A stretch of DNA of 64,000 nucleotides. Origin: Terriglobia bacterium. Lineage in GTDB: Bacteria; Acidobacteriota; Terriglobia; Bryobacterales; Bryobacteraceae. Numbering within the stretch: the stretch's first letter is position 1; each line of letters begins with the position of its first letter. Positions 27,856 through 35,474 of the stretch are shown here, piece after piece. The notes under the pieces were generated by a model, which saw nothing but the letters and a program-made list of their open reading frames with translations, ran no database searches and was not told the origin of the DNA. The position numbers and the translations under genes were made by a program. Where the stretch lies: contig CAVPVO010000004.1 in the NCBI GenBank assembly GCA_963709215.1, positions 220,101 through 284,100 of the forward strand, in the 5' to 3' direction.

Positions 27856-28520
27856 CTGCTGCGGGCGAGGGATTCCGTCTATGGGCGACAAGCTACGATG
27901 CCACACCGAACGCGCTTCTTGCGCTCGAAATGCGCATTCTGTCTGAGCGGATCAGTCTGGCGCCGGGAACGAGTTTCCTCGACGCCGGAAGCGGTACGGG
28001 GCGATGGATGACGTGGGCGCAGTCGCGAGGCGCAAGGGTTTTTGGCATTGACTCGTGCCGCGAGATGCTCGTTCAGGCGGAACACAAACCAGGACTGCGG
28101 GGACGGTCAGTGCTCGCCGACATCAGTGCCATTCCCATGGCTGACGGCGCAGTCGATTTCGCGATGTGCTCTCTCACGATCGGATACGTGGCGTCGCCCG
28201 CGATTGTATTTCGGGAAATGGCACGCGTGTCGAGACGCGTCATCGTGAGCGATCTGCATCCCGACGCGGTCCGGGCCGGCTGGACGCGGTCGTTTCGCAG
28301 CGGCGATCGGCGCATTGAGCTTCAACATTTCGACCATTCGATCGCCAGCCTTGACAGGCACGCGCAGGCAGCGGGGCTGGAACGCGAATGGCGCACCGAA
28401 GTTTCGTTCGGCGAACCGGAACGCGAAATATTTGCTCGCGCCGGTAAGGAAAAAGCCTTCGAAGAGAGCCGCGGGATACACGTGGTGTCGATCACCTCAT
28501 GGCGGAAATCGTCCGACTGA
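27840..28520 (+). CDS. class I SAM-dependent methyltransferase
   Basis: MGEPL.. starts 16 nt before the previous stop. Motif I FLDAGSGTGRWMTWA, then GIDSCREML and VDFAMCSLTIGY. Confidence 0.8.
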   Translation: MGEPLTAAGEGFRLWATSYDATPNALLALEMRILSERISLAPGTSFLDAGSGTGRWMTWAQSRGARVFGIDSCREMLVQAEHKPGLRGRSVLADISAIPMADGAVDFAMCSLTIGYVASPAIVFREMARVSRRVIVSDLHPDAVRAGWTRSFRSGDRRIELQHFDHSIASLDRHAQAAGLEREWRTEVSFGEPEREIFARAGKEKAFEESRGIHVVSITSWRKSSD

Positions 28521-29680
28521 CCGGGGCGCGCGTCGCGCGGGATGCGAATCGCGGCGAACGTATCGATCTCACGATCGAAGACAGCCGCATTTTGCCGTTC
28601 GATTCCCGCATCAGTCCGCACGTCGAGCTCGATCTCACCGGATGCCTGCTGCTTCCAGGTCTTATCAACGCGCACGACCACCTGGAGTTTAACCTTTTCC
28701 CCCGGCTCGGTAATGGACCTTATGCAAACGCGTCGGAATGGGCGAGGGATATTTATCATCCGGACGCGTCGCCGATTCGGGAGCATCTGCTGGTGCCGAA
28801 ACCGATACGGCTGATCTGGGGCGGGATCAAGAACCTGCTCAGCGGCGTGACGACGGTCGCGCACCACAATCCTTATGCGCGGCGCGTTTTCACGGAGCGC
28901 TTTCCTGTGAAGGTACTCAGGCGTTATGGGTGGGCGCATTCGCTCGATTTCAGCCCCGATATCTGCGATTTGTGGGAGCGCACGCCGGAACACTGGCCGT
29001 TTTTCATCCACGCGGCCGAGGGAACGGATGAGCACGCGCGCGTGGAAATTTCCCGACTCGCGGAGATGGGCATGCTCTCGCCGCGCACACTCCTGGTGCA
29101 TGCGGTGGCGATGGGCGCGCCGGAAGTGGAAACGGTTTCCCGGAATGGATGCGGCATCGTGTGGTGCCCAACGTCGAATCTGTTCTCGCTCGGGCGGACC
29201 TTGTGTCCGGACGTTCTTCGGTCGGACATCCCGGTAGCGCTGGGCACTGATTCCGGACTGACGGCGCAGGGCGACATGATCGACGAAATCCAGGGCGCGA
29301 TGGCAACCTCCGGGTTAAACGCGGAAGAGATTTACCCGATGGTCACGACGCAGCCCGCCGGACTGCTGCGGTTGGGCGGGGGCCAGGGACGAATCTGCGA
29401 AGGCGGTGCGGCCGATCTGGTGGCGGTGGCGGATACCGGGCAGACACCTGCGCAAGCCGTGGCCAATCTGAAGCCGGAACTGGTGATGGCGCGCGGGCGC
29501 GTCATGCTGTTGTCAGCCCGTTTTGCCCGCATGCAAACCGGCTGGAAGAGTTTTCACGCGATCCACGTGGAAGGACGCGGAAGCTTTATGATCCGGGCGG
29601 ACGTCCCGAGGTTTTTCGGCGCCGCGTCGACGGCTCTCGGCTCGGAAATAAGACTGGCCGGGAGGCGCGTGTGCATCTGA
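28499..29680 (+). CDS. amidohydrolase superfamily protein (metal-dependent hydrolase/deaminase fold)
   Basis: LLLPGLINAHDHLEF (HxH motif), ..FFIHAAEG.., LLVHAV.., VALGTDSG... Overlaps the previous gene by 22 nt. Confidence 0.75.
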   Translation: MAEIVRLTGARVARDANRGERIDLTIEDSRILPFDSRISPHVELDLTGCLLLPGLINAHDHLEFNLFPRLGNGPYANASEWARDIYHPDASPIREHLLVPKPIRLIWGGIKNLLSGVTTVAHHNPYARRVFTERFPVKVLRRYGWAHSLDFSPDICDLWERTPEHWPFFIHAAEGTDEHARVEISRLAEMGMLSPRTLLVHAVAMGAPEVETVSRNGCGIVWCPTSNLFSLGRTLCPDVLRSDIPVALGTDSGLTAQGDMIDEIQGAMATSGLNAEEIYPMVTTQPAGLLRLGGGQGRICEGGAADLVAVADTGQTPAQAVANLKPELVMARGRVMLLSARFARMQTGWKSFHAIHVEGRGSFMIRADVPRFFGAASTALGSEIRLAGRRVCI

Positions 29681-30654
29681 ATCCGGTGCTCAAGCGCCTG
29701 CCGATTCTCATTCTGAGCCCGCACAGCCGGTGCAACTGCCGCTGCGTGATGTGCGACATCTGGAAGCATCCGGACACGGATGAAATCAGTGCGCAGGATC
29801 TGGAGCGCCACATCATCAGTCTGGAAGGCATGGGCGTCGAGTGGGTTGTGTTTTCGGGCGGTGAGCCGCTCATGCATTCCGATCTTTTCCGGCTTTGCGC
29901 GCTGCTGCGGAAACGGAAGATTCGCGTCACGATTCTCAGCACCGGGCTGCTTCTGGAGAGACACGCCCCGTCGATCGTGGAGAATACCGATGACGTGATC
30001 GTCTCGCTCGACGGCCCGCGCGATGTCCATGACTGGATCCGGCGTGTGGCAGGTGCATTCGACAGGCTCGCGGCGGGAGTGCGTTCGATACACGCGCGGC
30101 GAGCGGGGTTTCCGGTTCATGCGCGCTGCACCGTGCAGCGGCTGAATCACAACCAACTGCGGGCGACGGTTGCGGTAGCGCGGAGGATCGGCCTGCACGG
30201 GATCTCATTTCTGGCGGCAGACCTGACGTCAACCGCATTCAACCGGCTGGCCGTATGGGACGCTGACCGGCAGATGCAGGTGGCGCTCGACCGGGAACAG
30301 ACGGTCGCTCTCGAATCGGAAATCGAAGCGCTCGCGCTCGAAGGCGACTGTGGAGAGTTCGTGGCGGAATCGCCGGAAAAGCTGGGGAGAATCGTGCGGC
30401 ACTTCCGCGTCCATCTCGGGGAGATTGCGCCTGCGGCGCCGCGGTGCAACGCGCCGTGGGTTTCCGTGGCGGTGGAAGCCGACGGAACGGTGAGGCCGTG
30501 TTTCTTTCATGCGCCGATCGGAAAGATCGATGCCGGAACGACGCTTGGCGACGTAATCAATGGCGCCGAGGCTATCCGATTCCGGAACAGCCTCGAGGTT
30601 GCGTTGAATCCTGTTTGTCAGCGCTGTGTGTGCTCGCTGAACTGGCGCGGCTAA
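29671..30654 (+). CDS. radical SAM protein with C-terminal SPASM/twitch-like Cys cluster
   Basis: GTG 29671 overlaps the previous stop by 10 nt. LSPHSRCNCRCVMCDIW (CxxxCxxC), VVFSGGEPLMH. C-terminal CNAPWVSVAVEADGTVRPCFFH...NPVCQRCVCS. Confidence 0.8.
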   Translation: MHLNPVLKRLPILILSPHSRCNCRCVMCDIWKHPDTDEISAQDLERHIISLEGMGVEWVVFSGGEPLMHSDLFRLCALLRKRKIRVTILSTGLLLERHAPSIVENTDDVIVSLDGPRDVHDWIRRVAGAFDRLAAGVRSIHARRAGFPVHARCTVQRLNHNQLRATVAVARRIGLHGISFLAADLTSTAFNRLAVWDADRQMQVALDREQTVALESEIEALALEGDCGEFVAESPEKLGRIVRHFRVHLGEIAPAAPRCNAPWVSVAVEADGTVRPCFFHAPIGKIDAGTTLGDVINGAEAIRFRNSLEVALNPVCQRCVCSLNWRG

Positions 30655-30661
30655 GCTTTGT

Positions 30662-30681
30662 CAGTGACCGCGCGGTCACTG
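30662..30681. terminator. perfect 20-nt palindromic hairpin between convergent genes
   Basis: CAGTGACC-GCGC-GGTCACTG. It lies 8 nt after the plus-strand stop (30652-30654) and overlaps the minus-strand stop (30676-30678). There is no U-tract. Confidence 0.55.
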
Positions 30682-31542
30682 AAGCGAGATCACAACGCCC
30701 GTTGGAGTCTGCATACCACCGACCATAGCGAGCAGCGGCACATCGCCCGTACCCAGCCCCGATGGAATCGTCAGGTTGAACTGGTAAAGTCCCGCACCTG
30801 TCAGGCCGGCGAACGCGGGCGTAATCCCCGTGCCGTTGACTAAGATCGTCACCGGATTGGACGGCAGAATCGGCGCTGCGCTCGAGAACGGCTGACCGGC
30901 AGGGACCGGCGGATTAGTAGGGCCGAACCCGACACCGAAGAGTTCCACGACATCCCCGGCCTTTGCAGGTACGGTCACATAGCCGAGGGGCGAACCCTGC
31001 GGCCCGATGATGTCGTAGCTGCCACCGCCCTGCGTGCCGGAACCGTCTGTCCGGATGATGATGCCGGCCACATGCGAGCTGTCGAGGAGGCTGAACGACG
31101 GGCCGAACTGGCCAAGCGTGACTGTCGAGGTAGCCGTACCGGTCGGCGTATGGACGACCACGGGCACGGTGCCGGTGGCGGTGTCGCTGGGAGCCTGCAC
31201 GTTGACCTGCCCGGGACTGACGAACCACAGGAATGCGGATTTGCCGTTGATGGTGACGCTCGTGCCGCCGAGGTTCTCGGGGAAATTGCCTGTCCAGGTA
31301 GCGTCCTGTGTTGCAAGATTCTGGCCGTAGATGGAAATCCACGAGCCGGGCTGAATGGTAGTGCTGGAGCTGTAGACCGGGACGACGCCGCCCTGACTGA
31401 TAGACACTGTGGTGGTGTCCGAAGCGGCGAGCTTCGATGCGAACGCGCCGGAAAAGACAGACCTCAGCGCTGCCGGCGGGGTGGATGGCGGCGGTGTCAC
31501 CTGACCCATCGCGATGCCCGCTACGAGGGGCAGAAGAAGCAT
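30676..31542 (-). CDS. secreted Ig-like protein with TIGR03437 (Soli_cterm)-like C-terminal domain
   Basis: Signal MLLLPLVAGIAMGQ (ATG 31542). ..PGSWISIYGQNL..TSVTINGKSAFLWFVSPGQVNVQAP..TPAFAGLTGAGLYQFNLTIPSGLGTGDVPL. The upstream part of ORF 30676..31758 was rejected. Confidence 0.7.
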   Translation of the reverse strand: MLLLPLVAGIAMGQVTPPPSTPPAALRSVFSGAFASKLAASDTTTVSISQGGVVPVYSSSTTIQPGSWISIYGQNLATQDATWTGNFPENLGGTSVTINGKSAFLWFVSPGQVNVQAPSDTATGTVPVVVHTPTGTATSTVTLGQFGPSFSLLDSSHVAGIIIRTDGSGTQGGGSYDIIGPQGSPLGYVTVPAKAGDVVELFGVGFGPTNPPVPAGQPFSSAAPILPSNPVTILVNGTGITPAFAGLTGAGLYQFNLTIPSGLGTGDVPLLAMVGGMQTPTGVVISLQ

Positions 31543-31645
31543 CTGCAGAGCTGATTGAAGGTTGTGTCTCACTCTGATTTCGAGGTTATGCGCGTTGCGG
31601 GGCGCAGTTGTTCGCGAAGGGTAAATTTCCTGTAAATCGGTTGGG

Positions 31646-33466
31646 TCAGCGGGGTGGTTCACGCCCGGTGAGTTCTGACAACGTGCGGGAGACGTCGGCG
31701 TCTTTGCCTGCATCGAGATCGAAGGCGTGCGAGGCCTCGGCACGGGCGGCGGCAGCACGGCCGGTCAGGGCCAGAAAGTTCGCCAGCGCCCAGTGGGGCC
31801 GGAACCAGTTCGGCGCCTGCGTGGCGGCGGTGCGAAGGGATGTTTCCACTTTGGCGGCATCGTTCTGTTCGGCGGCGAACATCGCCAGGTTGTACCAAGC
31901 GTTGGGGGGATTGTCCGAAGTTTCAGTTGCGCGTGCGGCGGCCTGCAGTGAAACCTGTACGCAGGCAGCCCGGATCGCAGGGTTCGTCCCCGCGCCGCAC
32001 AGGGTTGCGAGGCGTCTGGAACAGTACAGATCTTCGCCCGCGCCTGCGATCGCGGCGCGGCTGGCGGAGTTGTACAGGGCGATCGCACGCGGCAGATCGG
32101 CGGGTGAGCTTTGAAACCGCGCCAGTTCGACGTCGGCATGCGTCAGGGAGAGAGCGAAGTATCCGAGGCAGAGGGCGATGGGTGCGGAAACAGCCAGCGC
32201 AGAGGAATGCCTGACGGCGGGCCGGTGCGCGTCTTCGCGTGTGGATGCAACAAGGATGGCGATAACCAGCAGCGTTGCGAGGACCGGCCCCGCCATGGCT
32301 GCGACGAACAGGGATTCGACAGAGGAGGCGATCAGGGCGGCGGTGAGTGCGGACACCGGGACTGAGCGCGCGCGGCGCACGCTGATAGCCCCCAAGCCAA
32401 CCCAGCCGAGAGCAAGGAGAAGGCCAGGAATGCCTTCGCTGGTCAGGGCGTCGAGAGCGACGTTGTGGGGCGACTCGTGGTAGAAGTCGGGGAACAGACG
32501 AGCGAGTTCGGCGGACTGGAAGCGCGGGAACTCGGCGCTGAAGGTCTCGGGACCGAAACCGGTGAAGGGTCTAGCCATTGCCATGCGCAGCGAATCGCGC
32601 CAAAGAAGCGGACGCGCACCGCCGGTAGGTTCGTTGCCCGACCAGCGAACGCGGGCGCGTAACCGCGTTCCGGCCGGCGAGAACAGGAACGCAACGAAGA
32701 GAGCACCGCAGATCAGCGCGGTGAGGACGTGCCGCCGCCGCGGTTTCCATCCTGATTGAAACGCAATTGCAGCGAATCCGACAACGACTGCGAGCATGGC
32801 GGCGCGCGTGCCGCTGAGAACGATCGCGATGATCGACAGCAGGCAGGCCGTGAGGGCTGTCCGGCGCCACCATTCACGTTCGATCTGTGCCGACGCAATC
32901 GCAATGAAGACGGCAATCGCGAGCCACCAGCCGAAGTAATCCGCGTGGCCGAGCGGGCCCGGCGGACGAACGATGGTCGAATTGCCGGCCTGCGCGTGAT
33001 AGCCCGCGGGATTCTGCAGAGGGTCGATGTCGAAGTATTGGATAATGCCGTACAGCGACGCGATGCTGGCCGCAATCGCAAAGGCGCGCAGGATGGTTCG
33101 TAATGCGGCGGGTTCGCGGGACAGATGACCTGCGGCGACGACAACAAATACGCTGAGAGCGGCCACCGTCACCAGACCCATGCGGCGCCAGTTGCTTCCG
33201 AACAACGAAAACCAGGGACGCGACGATGCAGCCGTCGCGACGCCGTACCAAAGGGTCTGGACGGTGGCCAGGCAGCAAAGCCATCGGCCGGTCCGGCGAG
33301 TCCATAGCGCGGCGATGCCATCGGCGATCTGTTTCGGAAGCAGCAGACAGACCACCACGCCAAGGCAGAGAACAACGATCTTCGGCGTGATGTCGTAGTG
33401 AAACAGTACGCCCGGGAGAATCAGCAGCGGCAGAAGCAGGACGATGGCGGGCAGCAGAATCGCCAT
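31646..33466 (-). CDS. O-antigen ligase-like (Wzy_C) polytopic membrane protein with C-terminal TPR-like region
   Basis: About 12 hydrophobic helices. IVLSGTRAAMLAVVVG, PFTGFGPETF, HESPHNVALDALTSEGIPGLLLAL. C-terminal NAWYNLAMFAAEQNDAAKVETSLRTA..ANFLALTGR. The start lies 4 nt after the barrel gene stop. Confidence 0.7.
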   Translation of the reverse strand: MAILLPAIVLLLPLLILPGVLFHYDITPKIVVLCLGVVVCLLLPKQIADGIAALWTRRTGRWLCCLATVQTLWYGVATAASSRPWFSLFGSNWRRMGLVTVAALSVFVVVAAGHLSREPAALRTILRAFAIAASIASLYGIIQYFDIDPLQNPAGYHAQAGNSTIVRPPGPLGHADYFGWWLAIAVFIAIASAQIEREWWRRTALTACLLSIIAIVLSGTRAAMLAVVVGFAAIAFQSGWKPRRRHVLTALICGALFVAFLFSPAGTRLRARVRWSGNEPTGGARPLLWRDSLRMAMARPFTGFGPETFSAEFPRFQSAELARLFPDFYHESPHNVALDALTSEGIPGLLLALGWVGLGAISVRRARSVPVSALTAALIASSVESLFVAAMAGPVLATLLVIAILVASTREDAHRPAVRHSSALAVSAPIALCLGYFALSLTHADVELARFQSSPADLPRAIALYNSASRAAIAGAGEDLYCSRRLATLCGAGTNPAIRAACVQVSLQAAARATETSDNPPNAWYNLAMFAAEQNDAAKVETSLRTAATQAPNWFRPHWALANFLALTGRAAAARAEASHAFDLDAGKDADVSRTLSELTGREPPR

Positions 33467-33470
33467 GACT

Positions 33471-35474
33471 TCAGAACGACCAGAGCAGACTCGTGTAGCC
33501 GGTGTGCGCCCGGTAGCTCTCGTTGGTTTCGAGGAGTCCGAAATCTTCGTGATAGCCGTAGTACTGGTAGCCGAGGTTGTAGCGGAGTTTCGGCGTGATT
33601 CTGACGGAAAGACGAATGAGAGGCGTCTGGTAAGTCAGAGGAAACGTCTGAACACTGCTGAGCAGATTCTGAACAGGTGTGGATGGGTTCTGCACCGCAG
33701 AGGCGCGGCCATCGCCCGTGTCTTTCGTGATGTTGTAGCCGATGTAGAGATCGGCGCGCGAGGTAACCGGAAAGCGCAACCCCAGATTGGCGGCGTGGAT
33801 ATTGCTGATGAAGATCGATTGTTCGTTCAGCGAGACCGCCGGAGTTCCCGCGAAGAACGCGAGACCACCGAGGGTGTCGAGGTGAAGCTTCGAGTAAGAG
33901 GCGTCGACGGAGAGCCAAGGCTTCGCGTTCCAGGAACCGTTTGCGGTGTAAGTGCGCGAGCGCGAACTGTAAGCCGTGATGACGATGGAGTTGTTGTTGT
34001 ATTCCTCCGAATACCCAGCTCCGAACGAATATGCCTTCTTTCGATAAAGAACGCGCGAACGGATATTGTGATAATCGCCAAGGCTGATGGGAGCGAAGGG
34101 ATGGTCGTTGCTGCCGACTTCGCCTTCCACGTGTACGCGAAAATCGGGCAGCGGAATCCAGCTGAATCCGGCCACGCCCGCACGAAGCTGATTGGACTGG
34201 CTGGCTGTGGTGTTAAAGGTTGGGCCAGGAAGCAGCGCGGCTTCGATGGAGCGGATTTGCCGATCGGAGTATCGATAGCCGGCGAACGCATCGAACTTTT
34301 TCGAGAAGCGGTAGTGTACGTCCGTTGAGTTCGTGATGAGCAGAATCCCGAGGAACTGGAAGTTCACCATCTCGGAGGTGAACGTGGCGTCATTGAACTG
34401 CTCGAAGAGGTTGTTGCCGGTCATTCGCTCATTGGAGACCGAGGTGTTGTTTGTGAAACTCAGGCGCGAAGTGGGCAACAGCGTGAGATTAAGATCGCCG
34501 GAGATAACGGGCCGGTCGCCATTTCCGGAAACCGCGTACTGAACATCCTGTCCCGTGTCGAAGCGGGAGACGCCGAGAGCAGATTCGTCCTGGATGAAAT
34601 TGCCGCGGCCTCCCGCGTAGGTGAAGCGGCCGTTCACGGCGAACCATTTGTGCTCGCCGTACACGGTGACGAGCCAGCCGGGAGTCCGGCCGCGATACGG
34701 CTGCGAACGGTTGAACGAGTTCAGCGCGGAGGGATCGCCGGGGATGCCGCTCGTTTCGGTTGTGCTGAGGACGTCGCCGGTGTCGTCTTTGAAATACTCC
34801 CAGCGGCGCATCACGGTGAAGCGGAAGCTCTTCAGAAAAATCTCCGCGCCCAGGCGGTATTCGTTGTACTCCGCGCGCGTGTTTTGGAAGATCGGGAAGA
34901 CGTCACTTTGAGAATCGAACTCCTGCTGCGTGGTTAGCGCAGGGCCGTCCTGCGTGGTGTGGCTGTATCCGGCGCGCGCGCGAAGCCAGCTCTGCGGGAA
35001 CAGAGTCAGGTCATGATCCTGAAACCGGTACGTGGTGTCTTCGAGGTGTTCGCCGTCGGCAACCGTGAGGCCGGGGTTGAAGTAATCGTTCGAGCGCCAA
35101 AGCAGATCGTAGCGGTACCACTGATTCTTCTGTATGCGAAACGTGGCCGACTGATAGGGGTCCTTGCCGAGTCCCTGCGTGGTCAGAACCAACTCGTCGA
35201 ACCAGCGCCCGCGTCCATCGCGCGAGTTGATCGCCAGGTAGCTGCTGAGCAGGCGAACGCCGTCGCGGTAGTTCACATCGCTGCGATACTTGCCCTCGTC
35301 GCCGCCGATCGACGCGAACCGGTAGCCGAGTTCCCAGCTTTGCACCACGTTGTAATCGCCCGTGTCTTCTCCACGCGGGGACATCGTGCTTTCGCCGACG
35401 CTGGGGGCAACCGTCTCCTGCGCGCTGACCAGCCCGGGCAGAAGAAATATCGTGAATAAGGGAAGAACTCTCAT
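33471..35474 (-). CDS. large outer-membrane beta-barrel protein, MtrB/PioB-like (decaheme-associated)
   Basis: Signal MRVLPLFTIFLLPGLVSAQ (ATG 35474, ATGA overlap with the cytochrome stop). About 660 aa of alternating beta-strand-like sequence rich in Y/G/N/D. Terminal ..YTSLLWSF (aromatic C-terminus). The family assignment rests mainly on coupling to the decaheme gene. Confidence 0.6.
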   Translation of the reverse strand: MRVLPLFTIFLLPGLVSAQETVAPSVGESTMSPRGEDTGDYNVVQSWELGYRFASIGGDEGKYRSDVNYRDGVRLLSSYLAINSRDGRGRWFDELVLTTQGLGKDPYQSATFRIQKNQWYRYDLLWRSNDYFNPGLTVADGEHLEDTTYRFQDHDLTLFPQSWLRARAGYSHTTQDGPALTTQQEFDSQSDVFPIFQNTRAEYNEYRLGAEIFLKSFRFTVMRRWEYFKDDTGDVLSTTETSGIPGDPSALNSFNRSQPYRGRTPGWLVTVYGEHKWFAVNGRFTYAGGRGNFIQDESALGVSRFDTGQDVQYAVSGNGDRPVISGDLNLTLLPTSRLSFTNNTSVSNERMTGNNLFEQFNDATFTSEMVNFQFLGILLITNSTDVHYRFSKKFDAFAGYRYSDRQIRSIEAALLPGPTFNTTASQSNQLRAGVAGFSWIPLPDFRVHVEGEVGSNDHPFAPISLGDYHNIRSRVLYRKKAYSFGAGYSEEYNNNSIVITAYSSRSRTYTANGSWNAKPWLSVDASYSKLHLDTLGGLAFFAGTPAVSLNEQSIFISNIHAANLGLRFPVTSRADLYIGYNITKDTGDGRASAVQNPSTPVQNLLSSVQTFPLTYQTPLIRLSVRITPKLRYNLGYQYYGYHEDFGLLETNESYRAHTGYTSLLWSF

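Noticed and set aside
21377-30654. Assigning the radical SAM cassette to membrane-spanning or branched tetraether lipid synthesis, hopanoid methylation or ladderane-type lipid synthesis
   Set aside because: The idea is tempting because some Acidobacteria make unusual lipids and such pathways use radical SAM enzymes. However, I cannot show orthology to Tes/Mss, HpnP/HpnR/HpnJ or any lipid gene from motifs alone. The only contextual link here is to glycan genes, so no such function is asserted.
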